Notes: generated from the sequence alone by a model not told the origin. A stretch of 63,500 bases of DNA, filler included, from Sphaeroforma arctica JP610 (GCF_001186125.1; 7 parts of 2 records of this genome joined end to end with filler, not necessarily neighbours in it); one strand, 5' to 3'; counted from the whole stretch's first letter, positions 48,178 through 62,012 are shown. A program made the numbers and translations.

Positions 48178-51100
48178 CTACGAGTCCGTTGGCCTGGCCG
48201 TGGTGGGCTGTTCCAGTTCTTTCTGTTGACGTCAGGTGAAGAAAACCGAAAAGATATTATTAGACAACATTCAATTGTAAAGGAGAAGAAGTTACTAGAC
48301 AACATTCAATTGTAAAGTCGAAATTGTCAGACAACATTCACCTGTAAAGAAGACGACGCTAATAGACAACATTCAATTGTGGAGAAGACATTGTCAGACA
48401 ACATTCAATAGTAACAAACAAGAGATTGTTAGACAACATTCAACTGCAAAGAAGACGACGTTATTAGAAAACATTCAATTATGATGAAGAAAATGACAGA
48501 ATTGGACAGCATTCAATTGTAAAGAAGAATATAACAGACAAGACTCCGTTGCAAAGAAGAAGACATTATTAGACAAATGATTAGACAAAAATTGCAAAGT
48601 AGAAGAAGACATTGTTAGACAAAAGACATGATTAGACAAAAAATTGCAAAGTAGACGAAAACATTGTTAGATAACATTCAGTTGTCAAAGAGCAGTCAGT
48701 GATAGTACACAATCACAGTGCGGAAATGCTTCGAAAAGTATTGTATTTCACGGACCACGTGGTGATAAGATTGATTGTCTTTGGATGAATCACAAGCGCG
48801 AGATCTGATATGCGGTCCAGTAAATTTCACTCCGAAATTCGTGCGTAATAATGACCAAAAACGAGAAGCAATCGGCGCCAAAGAAGCATGTGCGTGGTAC
48901 CTGGAATTTGGCCAAACTCGCTTCCAACTCGTGCAGCTCTTGTTCGCGTTGTTTGAGTTTGGATTCGCGCTCGGAGATGGCCTCTTTGCGGCGTTTGTAC
49001 TCTTCATATTTACTACTTATTTCCATATTCCACGTCCTGTGTGTAGCGTGGAAGGTGTTGACTTTCGTCTCCATGTCCCTGTAAGATACAGTGGCGAGCA
49101 ATCAAATAGATGAGCGATTTCAAGTTTGCATGCACATGTCAAGGTTTGATATACATGTGTACGTACACACAAATTATGCCAAACGGGTAGAGATCGAAAT
49201 CTTTACCTTTAGATGTTCATACACCTAGTCATTTAAATTTTATCACACATCACAGATATGATTAAGTAATGCTTATGAGTTTGCAGGTTAGGGTTTAATT
49301 CTGAATCCACCAAGTTGGGGCCGATACGCCATACCTAAAGAGGCAGGGCATCGGGAGAGTATACCGAAATTAAGATACTACAAACTCGACGTCAACACTA
49401 CCATACTGTCTGCCTAGAGAAGTCTATACGCTTCAATATAAACCGTAATGTGAGCAGACAAGTCGCAAACATGCCACACTCAACCACACCACGGTCATGT
49501 GACATCCCACGAAAACATGCGCATACGAATAAACATTTGATGGGCATGGCGGTGACGCCAGTAGTAGACCCAGACAGGCGAGAGAATGCACGTACAAATA
49601 AAAGTATGGGGCGCCGGGCAGGTTTTCGCGCGAGATATTGAACAAGCATGGCGTTTTAGAGTGTGCTCTCTGAGACCAGACAGGACTTCAGCTGGTCGTG
49701 ACAGCTAAATAATACCCAATCTACTAAACCCCCACCAGCTAACACAACAGTTTAGAGAGTTTGGTTAGGAATGGCGGTTACTAGTGTAGAGACAAGGGAT
49801 TGGGGCGATGGCCCCAAGCGCAACACAAGCAAAGGGAATTACATATTGTCATCCGATGATGGAATTAACGAATTCAGGTGGTTTTTGATGCGCGTCACTG
49901 CCAGCATTCCACAAAACATGGCTATCCGATTTGTGCAAAGCAGGCAGGCCAATTCTAAGACACGACTAACACCTGATCCAAGTGGAAGGCGCGTATTTTA
50001 AGCATACAGACCTAATTTGGCTCGCATCTTCTATCGTCTTCAATATGTAGTTGAACTCTGGCCTGTCTTCGGGTTCGGTTTGGAAACATTGATTTCTGCA
50101 AGGTAAACAGTCGAAGCTGGTGTCACTTCCCAGTGATGTAATCTATTAATAGAGCTCTAGCATTCTATGACAACCTGACATGGGAAGCGAAATTCAACCG
50201 TTTTTTTTTTGCCGCTGAACTATACCATCATGAAACTAACATTCTACAATGATCGAGGCAACTATCTTGTAGAGAGCCTAGCCTGGTTTGCGCAATAGCA
50301 AACAACATGATTCGTGTGATTGTCATAGCGCACTCGAGCAACAACTGCTTGTAGGTAGCCCCACTTTTAAAGAAGAACAATCCGAAAGTGTAATCCAGCC
50401 ACAAAGTATTAAGAGGTCAAGTCGGCAGCAACGGATAGCATTTGAGCTATTGAATTGTAACAAGTATACATGATTCACCACACAATCAGGCACCGATGGA
50501 GCCAACGTCTCAAAAACACACAAGTACATGCGAGCCCTCGACATGCGCGTAGACAGTTCTTTGCACTATTTTGTATATATACATACATGTACAGGCTGAT
50601 AAATGTGATACGTACAATAATGTTTTACGCTATTTTGTAAATATAAATGTGCCACGTACAATAATGTCTTGCACCATTTTCTATATATACATACATGTAC
50701 AGGCTGATAAATGTGCTACGTACAATAATGTCTTGCACTATTTTGTATATATACATACATGTACAGGCTAATAAATATGCTACGTACAATAATGTCTTGA
50801 AGGGCTCTGGCACCCCTTCGGGTATCGGCAGACACTCTCCTTCCATCACCAACCAAGCAATTGACATGGGGTCCATTCCCGCAAAAGGTTCCTGCAGTTA
50901 CAATGCGATACATTTTTGTATATTGTATTAGGTGCCGTTATATTGTATTAGGTGCCGTTGTGAGGATGAATTCACGTTCGGCGTTAAACGGGAACATGTG
51001 ATTAGGTTAACGAGCCTTCGAATCCTTAATAACTATCAAGTTGATACTCGTGAAAGTACCGGCAGTGCTGTCAAATTGATACCAATTTTATCAGAGCATG

Positions 51101-54100
51101 TTTGAATGGCCAAACGCAATCATTACGTAGTTCAACTCTCAAAATAATGACCTTAGTGCCCATCATCCGATCACAAACAGCTAACTTGACAGAACGCAAT
51201 TATAGTAAAACGATGTTGCATTCAATTCACCCCTGAACAATCATCCACACTCAAAAAACTGTACAGAAATCCAGACATGCAGCAAATGAGTGTAGTAATA
51301 CACTTAAAGTATCGCAAATCAATATCATGAGCGTAGTAGTACACTAAAAATGTCGCAAATCAATGTCGTATACATTACGCACGCGGAATACACTGACCTG
51401 TCCCGTCAGCATCTCCCACAGCACTACGGCGAATGAGTACACATCTGCCCTTTTCGACGCCTTCTGATTCTTCAGAATCTACAAAAGAAAAATTGCGTCA
51501 GGGTTTATCAGTACACACATGAGCACACCCGGAGATGTTTGAAAGGTGTACGTGCTTATGTAAACGCACCGATGACTGTATATGTGCATGGCCGTATACT
51601 AGAACACAGTCACCTTTTTTGAAACGTCGATAACGTAACACCTGATGAAATAAAAGTTAATATATATCGTGGAGTTCAGTGGCACTAAGTGACTGATGGC
51701 GATGAGACTACCGACGGCATTCCGTTCAAGAACTTACGCGCCCAGCCTGTGTACAGTTGTGCCATCCCCTATGTGGACCATATACCATCTATATCAGCAA
51801 ACCCTAAAACTCTAAACCCTAAAACCCTAATCCCCTGTGTGAACCATATACCATCTATATCAGCAAACCCTAAAACTCTAAACCCCAAAACCCTAAACCC
51901 ATCTATATCTGCAGGTACACGGCCATATCCACTACGTCAAGTTTAGGCTCCTAGTGCATGATTTTGTGTATTCCGATGATTTACCAATTACATTAAATGA
52001 ACAGATTGCGGGGATTCAAAAGTAAAATTATAACGATGTGCAAGTGTGTGAATACAAACTTGGTTGTGGTGCGCNNNNNNNNNNNNNNNNNNNNNNNNNN
52101 NNNNNNNNNNNNNNNNNNTTAATTAATTAANNNNNNNNNNNNNNNNNNNNNNNNNNNNNNNNNNNNNNNNNNNNACCAATTTTTTATGAGTATGCTTACC
52201 TGTGTATTAAGTTATCTTGTTCTGTATCATTATGTAAATAGTTCATGCCGCTTGATATTTGCCTGGAATAGTCCATTAGCTTATTGAATGGTATTAGTTC
52301 GTTGTCTTCTGCTGGGGCTGGCTGTCCATTCGCCCTCAGCAATCTATTTTTATCTCCCTTATGAATCAGATCGAAGAGATTGCCGCGATTGCAATATTCT
52401 GCGATTTGATCACGGATTCAATTGGTATTCAGGTTTAGCTTGTGTCAACAAAACGAACGATCCAGATTTGAGACTGTATACCGAATGCCCGTGATATGAT
52501 ATTGGCACCAACGAGCTCTGCTGATAGCGTGAAATCACCGACTGAACCGATTGCGTCATTCTGAAATCTATGACGAAGTAACACAAGACAATGCATGCAG
52601 GACAACATCATATTCCGGAATTAAGTTACACAGAGAACATCCACCTGCTATCACACCCCCTACACGAGCAATAAACAACACCGTGTCCCTGCTGGATCCG
52701 AAATCTCAGCAAAACAATGACTCAATTGATGAGTCACCCGTTTCCGACAGGGGTCTGCTCTTACCCAGGACTAAACAGGGAGAGCTGTCTGAGTCCAAGT
52801 AGATGCCGTAGACAGCTATGATGTTGACGTGCTTCAACTTTTGCAGCATCCTGGGTTGGGTACAGGTATGCATTGGTGCGTAGTATGTGATTGTGGTCAG
52901 TGAGTGATTGTGATGGTGCTAGGGTTATTTCTCATGCCGGCTGGTGTATGGAAGAGGATATGTGTTTTGGTAAGGCTGAGTTTTGAATCTGGAATTTTAT
53001 TAAAGATGTAGTTGTTGCATATTCTAGGTTGACATATTTGTGCTTTGATTGCGAAGTATTGAACTGTTGTCAGGGCGAGCTATTCCAAAATGTAAACTTT
53101 TAACGAAAGGCACACATGGGAACATTGAAATCTGGACAGAAAAAATCAGAAACCACGAGACTTGGAATAGAAATACTTACGAGAATGGTTAGACTTGAAT
53201 CAAAACTGAGGAGAATCAGGCTCTCTCACACCCTTATCATATTTATACATACAAGAATGTACAGATATATATGGAGTTGAAAAACACAGTATTGCTGTCT
53301 CGTATCCACAACCATGATAGATTTTGCATAAACTTAAACCATGATAGATAAAGCATAAACATAAATCCTGACAGATAAAGCATAAACTTAAACCATGACA
53401 GATAAAGCATAAACTTAAACCATGACAGATGCAGCATAAACTCACTCGGCTTCGTGTAGCAGCTCTTCATTGCCGGCTCTGCTCTTTTTGATGGCGATGG
53501 TACGTCCCTTCCACATCCCGAGGAGCACAGTGCCGAATGCCCCACGGCTGTGTACACACGCCCACGTCATAGCAAATCAAAAATACAAAAATAGAATAGT
53601 TATTGAATATGAATCCTCTGTAATGTATTTGACATAGCGAATAAAAAGTAGAGTTTGTTAATGTACAATACACTCACCCTATTTCCTTATGTACAATACA
53701 CTCACCCTATTCCCTCATGTATAATAATCTCACCCTATCTCCTCATGCACAACAAACTCACCCTATTCCCTTATGTATAATACACTCACCCTATTTCCCT
53801 ATGTACAATAAACTCACCTTATTTCCATATGTACAATACACTCTCCCTATTTCCTCATGTACAATAAACTCACCCTATTTGTTAATGTACAATAAACTCA
53901 CCGCATTTCCTCATGTACAATAAACTCACCCTATTTCCCTATATACAATAAACTCACCGTATTTCCTTGTGTACAATACACTCACCCTATTTCCTTATGT
54001 ACAATACACTCACCTTATTTCCCTATATACAATAAACTCACCCTATTTCCTCATGTACAATACACTCACCCTATTTCCTCATGTACAATACACTCACCCT

Positions 54101-56188
54101 ATTTCTTTTGTACAATAAACTCGCCCTATTTCCCTATGTACAATAAACTCCCCCTATTTCCCTATGTACAATAAACTCACCCTATTCCCTTATGTACAAT
54201 AAATTCACCTTATTCTCTCATGTACAATAAACTCACCCTATTTCCTTATGTACAATAATATCTTCTCGCCGGATATCGCCGTACTCGATCTCACCGGTAT
54301 CGATTGCGGCCACCAGCGGCGACTCAAACACAGGTCTGCCGCCGGGCAAAGCTGTGTTGAACATCGAGTTAATCCTATTTACCCCGATTGAACTATTGGT
54401 CATTAGCCTGTGACAGAATGTGAGCATACGCGGGATTAAGGGTAGGTATGTACGGGGGACATCTGAACTGTTCACATACCATACACTGGCACTGCTGGCA
54501 CACGCCCAGCAATCAAGCTATACCTACAAACTCAGAGACAAGAGAGAGAGAGCTGTGACACGCACCTGAGATCTGGCATATGCCCTATATTCGGAGCGGC
54601 AGTTTCCGATTGTCTTCGGTACAAATCCGGTGGTGAGTCCAGTGGGGGTTCAATCGGCGATTTTGGTGCCGAAGGCGCATAATCGGGTTGACTATTTGGG
54701 GCGTACAACACCGAATTTAACGAATTAGGTGGCGGGTATTCTGATCCAGACTGATCTGCACCCAAGTTTGCCGGGGCATAGTTTGAACTATTATTGCTAG
54801 TACTACTGGGCCTCTCCGGAGGATAGTTCATATTATAATTGAAGTTGGCTGGCGGCGTTAAGTCGGGTTCAGACAAGCCAGCGCTGCTGTGCGTGTCTGA
54901 CGCATAGAGCACCCTGGGGTGACCCTCGTTCTGGGTGTTGGTATCGGTGTTGCTTTGCGAGCTGGAGAGTTTAAGACAAGTGGTGGGATAACATTGTGAG
55001 ATAACATTAGTCAATGGTGGACACACACGGACACACACACACACACGCATATATATATATATATATGCTTCACAGGGCTGCTCATACCCGGAATAGAATC
55101 CCTGCAAAGTGATCCCCACACCCCATACCAAAGCGAATTCCTATCCAAAAATCATAAAGACACACAACTTGAACTCACCTACTACCGCCGACTGAATAAG
55201 CTGGGTTGTGACCATCGTACACTTCCCGTGGCGGGGAAGGGTATGAAATCATATTGGGTGACGTGGGGGTCTCGGTGTGCGAGTGTATCTGCAAGTGTGG
55301 CTGCGAGTGTGTGTGTGAGTGTGTGCGATGGTGTGACTGCAGGTGTTGGGTGCGTCGGTGGTGTTGCGCATAATAGTCGGGTGGAGCTATGGGCGAGTGG
55401 GTTGGGGCCAGGACGAAGGCGAAGTTGTTGATGCTGCTACCGCTCCCGTTCTGCGGTCCAGAATCTGCAATCAAGGACAAAGACAGAGACAAGGATGAGC
55501 ACAGGAGAGATCACGGGTTTCAGTCATATTATAAATGGGATGAGACAACTTCACGGATAGTACTAGTCCATTGACACTGTACCGTCTGCATGATGATGGC
55601 ATCAAAACACCGCTATTCCTACCAACATATATGCAAACGATCCGGTTTTAATATTATGGAGTGGGGCCCAATGAGAGAGTTATAAGTAAACGTGCTGCAG
55701 TACGCGTCAAAAGGATAAAAATACTGTCATCTCACAGGGCCAAAGGATTTCGTGGCTACGATCCGGCATCCTATACGAAGGCTTATGTTCTGACTGAACT
55801 GTAGACAAACCAACACTATGAGGCTTTCTTCTACAACAGATGGTGCCCTACAACGCCACCCCTAAAAGATGCGTGTATACAATGCGGCTACTAAGACGTA
55901 CTAAGAATATTGTAGAGTTGTATATATGCATGTGCACGCTTGTCTATCTTTCAAAGTTCACAAGCATTTGACAAATCACGGGAGTATTTATATACAGCCA
56001 TCCTGAGTGATTATACTAAGAATCATATACGACCATGACAACCTACTTGAATAGTCCGAAGGATAAGACTCTAGTGATTGAGCGCTGGTACTCTGGTTCT
56101 GTTCATTGTTCGACAGATGTAACCTCGGGGGTGGGTAGTGTCTCGGACTTCTCGGCGGTCTGTCTGGCCTGTCTGGCCTATGGGACAT
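48178..56188 (-). CDS. Tyrosine-kinase-like (TKL) MAP3K of the mixed-lineage kinase (MLK) type with C-terminal leucine zipper/coiled coil
   Basis: Exons: 56188-56047, 55464-55179, 54961-54566, 54407-54237, 53547-53446 (IG|RGAFGTVLLGMWKGRTIAIKK), 52850-52765 (LKHVNIIAVYG), 52398-52200 (EYCNRGNL...GMNYLH...LIHR), [gap], 51478-51398 (ADVYSFAVVLWEMLTG), 50891-50788 (EPF..P), 50095-50012 (CFQTEPEDRPEF), 49078-48901 (TFHATHRTWNMEI...KQREQEL, MLK-like zipper), 48222-48178 (stop). The start codon is uncertain; a possible further exon lies at 56486-56653. Confidence 0.85.
48255..48690. repeat. Decayed intronic minisatellite ('agacaacattcaattg', ~33 bp)
   Basis: More than 10 degenerate copies next to the last kinase acceptor. 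Confidence 0.85.
50560..50800 (-). repeat. Tandem copies (~64 bp) of kinase exon end plus donor
   Basis: Minus-strand 'caagacattatt|gtacgt' at the real donor (50787), with copies near 50720, 50657 and 50612. Confidence 0.85.
51775..51912. repeat. Tandem repeat containing telomere-like (AAACCCT)n units
   Basis: 'ccatctatatcagcaaaccctaaaactctaaaccctaaaaccctaa' twice. Confidence 0.7.
53305..53445 (-). repeat. Minisatellite, ~5 x 27 bp, starting at kinase donor 53445
   Basis: Plus-strand 'aaaccatgacagataaagcataaactt' repeated. Confidence 0.85.
53660..54258 (-). repeat. About 21 x 28 bp array of kinase exon end plus 5' splice site
   Basis: Plus-strand unit 'actcaccctatttccttatgtacaatac' equals minus-strand 'tattgtacataaggaaatagg|gtgagt'. 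Confidence 0.95.
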
Positions 56189-56825
56189 GCGGATAAAAAT
56201 AGATAATATTGGGATACACATTTACTACGGTAATCTAGAAATGCTCACCTGGTCCTATTTGATCCCATACACTCTGCTAATATGATGGAATGACGTACAG
56301 GTATACGTATATAGCTACAGTCGTATAACTCTAGGTGTAGCTAAGTGATAAATTAAAGAACAAGAAATGCAGATAGGGAGATGAACACGAAGATACCCGT
56401 ATATATAACCATAGAGTGAAGCAGTACCCTATATAGTCACGTGGAATGGTGAGTATCTGCACACGCAAACAACATATCGCATACCTGTACGACTGCGAAC
56501 CGACGTCTGGAAGACTGCCACTGCTGGTGTATTCCATCTGTTGGGCGCTCGAGTAGGGGTTTGTATGTACCACCTGCGGGGTTATATGTAGCTGTGGCGA
56601 AGTCCAATACAAGGCGGATAAAGTTAGCAGACGGCTTACTGGGCATATGGGTCTGGAATCAAATTGAGACTCTATTAGATATATATATATATATATATAT
56701 TTGTATATATATATACATAAATNNNNNNNNNNNNNNNNNNNNNNNNNNNNNNNNNNNNNNNNNNNNTTAATTAATTAANNNNNNNNNNNNNNNNNNNNNN
56801 NNNNNNNNNNNNNNNNNNNNNNGTA

Positions 56826-56875
<50 letters not shown>

Positions 56876-57811
56876 GTGTATGTATGTATGTTATATATGA
56901 AAATATATATGTATGTATATATATATGTGTGTTTCGGGTCACAACCAAACGTCTAAATATCAAAATACACGCCGAAAACATTATTTATTCGTAATAGTAG
57001 TCTCATTTATATGCAGTCAGACCTCATGGATAAGGTATATGCGATAAGCGTAGGACGAACAAAAGTACTTTAAGGTTGGGCTGTGTACAGTCAGCTCGTG
57101 GTGTGCGCGGTAGATTTGTAAGTAATCGTTCGGAACCTGAGGGTGCTGAAGAGTACGTAATTAGTGATGAAGTTAGTGAATCCAGCGATAGTGAAGTTGA
57201 GCCGAGTGGGAATATAGAGATCAGTAAGGTAATTTCCATCAGCGATTAGCTTGAGCTGATCTCTGTCATCCTGCTGCTCTGTTTACCCCACTGTATTTTT
57301 AGAAAGCGTGAACTGGTTTCTTTGTGCAATGAAAAATTGTATATGAAGGTGTATTTTACTTGATTATGAAAATATATTTTTTCCAAAATCACAAGCGTAT
57401 GACCCACATATGTGACATAGGCACCCATTTTCAAAATTCGCCCAAAAACAAAATGCTGTTTTGGACAGCCCTCGATCTACCAAATGCTTTAGTGCAAAAA
57501 AAAAATGAAAATCGCTCAAGCCAAAAAAGGTTTTTCAATTTACAAAATCGGCCTGAGTTTCCCGGTTCTTACTGCTGTGCTCCATACTACATATTTAGTG
57601 AGACTTCACTCTTCAGACTCGAACTGTGAGCAATGAGAGCTGTGAGACAGTGAGACTGATCAATATACCATATGCACACCGCAACCATTCAACTGTAATC
57701 AGTTTTGCTCGCATCCAATCATATGTGAAGTAACTTCTTCTTTTTTATAAATGGTTTTAAAGAAAAGAGTCTTCTTTTGACACTTGTGTCACTGTGACAG
57801 TTGTTTGTATT

Positions 57812-57842
<31 letters not shown>

Positions 57843-58014
57843 TTAAAATAGATCGTGTAAAAATATGATATCCATCTGTTTTCAGAGTAATAAAACATAG
57901 CTCTAATTTTCAGAAGGCTATGAAAAAAAATCCGATGTGTAAGACTTTTGGAATGCGCAATCCGCATACTGCACTGTAGTACTGTACAACAGGTGACCTC
58001 GCATAAATTTCGGT

Positions 58015-58027
58015 CTTATATAAATAG
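58015..58027 (+). promoter_or_regulatory. Candidate TATA box
   Basis: 'cttatataaatag' about 80 bp upstream of the ATG at 58100. Confidence 0.4.
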
Positions 58028-58099
58028 CACTTTAAAACCCATAAGTTTAACAATAATACATCATTTCAACAAAGCCATAGATTAAACTAGCTCTCGAAC

Positions 58100-59037
58100 A
58101 TGACGAAAGGGACGCCACAAACGATGAAAGCTTGGGTGCAAACCGATGATTATGGTTTGGAGAATCTCAAGGTAATCACCCCTTTTACAGTTTACAACTA
58201 CAAATTGCGCTAGCTCGTGCTTTTGTCAGCCCTCTATGGCAGCATTATTATCATATGAATTCTTTGTCATTGACTGGGTTAGAGTATCCATCTTTCCCAA
58301 GAGCGTTTTATGATTATAATGTTGCGTTGGTACTCAGTACTAGCCAATATCGCTTGTGGTAGATGTCGACCAGCGTCAGTACTATCTGCAAAACGCGTTT
58401 CGTTTTCTGGAATATGAGCCGCTTGCCATTGTGAACACGGAGAAGGCCTAGTGGGTCCTTCGTAATTATCTGAAACTATTCAATTCATTTCAGTTTTATT
58501 TTAATCATTTCTTATTCTATTCATGTTCATCCCACTATATATATCCATCCCTCCCTTTTTAATAATTCAATTCAGTTCAATTTAATTTATCTCGACTCGC
58601 TTGATTCACTTCTATTCAATATAGCTGGAAACGGCTCACCCAGTGCCTACAATTGATGATAGCCAAGATCAAGTTCTTATCAAGGTGCAAGCATCTTCAA
58701 TCAACCCCGTTGACTATAAATTAATGAAGGGCAACATGTCGCTGTTCATGAAGCGGTCGTTCCCGCACGTTGTCGGTTTCGATGTTTGTGGCATCATTGT
58801 GGCGAAAAGCAAAGCGAGTAAAGGAGATTTCAAAGTTGGAGATGTTGTTTACGGCGATACCGGGGACAGGTCCGTTAATGTATATCTTTGTTTGTAAATA
58901 TGTATATAATAAGTTATATATGTATGTAATAAGTTACAATATGTATATAATAAGTTATATATGTATGTAATAAGTTACAATATGTACATAATGTTATACA
59001 TGTATAAAATATGAGTTATAATATGTGTATAATAATA

Positions 59038-59073
<36 letters not shown>

Positions 59074-59116
59074 CGTGTGTCTGATTATATGTGTGTGTGT
59101 GTGTGTGTGTTCCGAG

Positions 59117-59149
<33 letters not shown>

Positions 59150-59155
59150 TCCGAG

Positions 59156-59196
<41 letters not shown>

Positions 59197-61158
59197 TATT
59201 TCTATTCGTGTTCACATATATTTGCATAAATATACATCTATTTCATAACATATATATGAGTGTATGTGTGTGTAGTGGGGAGGAGGGGGAGTTGTATGTT
59301 TTTTTATTTGCATGTATTCTAAACATTTATATACGCGTATAAGTATATATTTATATCAATATATATCACAAATTGTGGTTTCTAACATAGACATGTACTA
59401 TACATGTATATATGCATATTGTATTGATGTACATATATAAATCTTTGTTTTAATTTTTTTTAATTTCAAAGTGTATGTTTATATTTGTGAGTGTATGTAT
59501 ATGTATAAATATTTATATATACATATATATATATATATACGGGTGTGTGTGTTCGTATGTATTTATGTGTATTCGTGTATATACATGTATACGTTTGCAG
59601 GTTTTAGGTTTTGTTTGTTCATACTTGTTCTTCTCATAGTTTTTGTGTACATGGGCGTTTACAGTGATAGTATATTTGTGAATGGTTGGACGCATATTGA
59701 CATAGGAGACATGCAGAAGCACCCTCAAGCTATTGTCCATACTCTTACGTACCTTGAGATATGAAAATATGTGTATTGAATTGAATCTTGTACATACAAA
59801 TTTTGTATATGCATAGAGGTAGCTGTGCGGAGTATATGGTGTGCCCATCTGATTTTGTGGTTAAGAAACCACAGAACATATCTGCTGAAGAGGCTGCGTC
59901 CGTACCGTTGGTAGGTCTAACTGCTTATCAAGGGTTAAAGTTTAAAGGTAACATCAAGAAGGGTGATAAAGTATTGGTTCTTGGTGGAAGCGGCGGTGTG
60001 GGCTCCATGGCGATCCAAATGGCCAAGATTATGGGGGCCAAGCACGTGACCACGACGTCTTCTAATGTTGAATTGGTGGACAGTCTTGGAGCAGATCAGG
60101 TCATCAATTATAAAGTATGTATTTGGGCGAGTCAAAAGGGACGATATGTGTATCGACTTTGCGTTTTATATTATTCTTAGAAACGAATAGAATGTCTCTC
60201 ATGTACACACGGAGGGGGGGTTTTGGCATCTTGAAGCATGCACCAGAACTTTTGAGCGTCCAATGACGTATACGCAAAATAACACTTTTCGTCATGTATG
60301 CAGGAAGGAAAATGGGAAGTCATTCTCAATGGCGCTGAGTATGATATTGTCTTCGATTGCGTTGGTGGTGGCTGGGAGCGATCGCATCAGGTGAGTAATA
60401 ATATATACTACATTTAGCTTGCTGTGGCTAACAAAGATATTCGATTACTTTTCGTAGAATTCACCGTTGTTTATACTAGGTGTTCCTATCGGGTTTGGGA
60501 CTGTTTTAGACATGTTGTATCCATCGCATGCGACGAAATATAAGATTATGATAGATATATTGGCCATATAGGTGGACTACGGCAACTGACGACTAGACGT
60601 ACTCGATTGAAGCAGCTTTGAACCTATCAACCATGCGGTTGCCTTGACCATCCAAACACACAAATTTACGCAGGTTCTGAAGAAAGGCGGAGTGTTTGTT
60701 ACCATTTCTTCTGAAGAAGAGAATGGACCGGATGTTCTTTCGATCGGCAGGGTATTTTCGATGGTGGGCAACACTATCGGTAGGAAAGCAATGGCTGCTA
60801 TAGGTATGGGGCCTAATTACGAATTCTTCTTAACAAACGCCGGTGCCCCAAAAGATATGACCGAGATTAGTGAGTGGATTGAAGCTAGAAAGGTATGATT
60901 TCCAGCTGTGTCTTCTCAAATTGGCAGGAAATCTGTACTCAGTCGTACTTTTGATCTGTGTGTGTGCGTTCAGATCGGTCTATGAATTCTCTTGTATTTT
61001 TCTATTGCGACTGACTAACACTTCGTGCTACCTTTACTATTACTCAGCTGAGGGTTATCATGGATCCTACTAGCCCATATAAATACGAGGATACTAAGGA
61101 CGCTTTCAAACTTCTGATGTCTCATAGAGCGAAAGGAAAATTAGCAATATCGTGGTAA
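58100..61158 (+). CDS. MDR-superfamily NADPH:quinone oxidoreductase / zinc-type alcohol dehydrogenase-like protein (RTN4IP1/ceQORH-like)
   Basis: Exons 58100-58171, 58625-58869, 59817-60114, 60304-60390, 60674-60892 and 61048-61158. Motifs: SINPVDYK, PHVVGFDVCG, FKVGDVVYG, EAASVPLVGLTAYQ, VLVLGGSGGVGSMAIQMAK, YDIVFDCVGG, SHRAKGK. Confidence 0.93.
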
Positions 61159-61949
61159 ACCTACGCTTGATCTATCAACAATGTCAGCGGTTTCTTGCGA
61201 TAAATCACTTCGGATCCAAGAGCCACGATAGATAGTCAAAAAGGAGAACATCATATTATTTGTTGATTTTTAGGGTTTTCATATTATTTGTTGATTTTTG
61301 GGACAGTGCAACCTTTCCTCGCGTATATTATTAAATTGTTCGTACTCTAAGATGGAAGACAACCATGCACTGTTTGGTCATTCGCATAGGCTACAGCTGT
61401 CTATTTATGTACGTTGTTTGTGCAAACACCACCAATCCTCTCTTAATTTTAGTATTGGGTACAGATACGAAAGAGTAGTCAGTGATATGCTATTAAAATA
61501 AGGTGAAGACTCGCATTGTTGAAGAGTTCTAGCGAAAAACTGTAACGAAATCGGTTCGAAAATCTTCATGGTCCAATACTACGAAAAGTGCCCAAGTTTG
61601 ACACGACACGGATTTCGTGTGTAAAAATCAATCAAGAAAGTTATACGCTGTGTTTAGTATTCAACAGGATTATTTGTGCTACTTCTCTCTTTTATAACAC
61701 CACTCCGACAACAGTCTACACAGTTCTGTACTATGGTGCAATAGCACTATGCATGTACTGTATATATATGCCCATGAGCATACATACACCCAAATATTTA
61801 AATACACAGATATTCTTTTATCAAAACATACTACTACGGAAGGTATATTTTAGTACGTGCTCTGTTAAGCAACATATACATTAAATTTGTATATGAAAAT
61901 ATAAAATGTTAATATTTGTAATGAGTAAGTGTGCTATATACCATTCATA

Positions 61950-62012
<63 letters not shown>

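Noticed and set aside
51737..51770. Possible kinase micro-exon (GMAQLYTGWA) ending in GTAAGT
   Set aside because: I could not join it in phase to the next exon or find the APE motif, so it is left unresolved.
57024..57600. Acidic coding-like stretch and transposon-like A-tract sequence
   Set aside because: No recognisable domain, terminal inverted repeats or target-site duplication.
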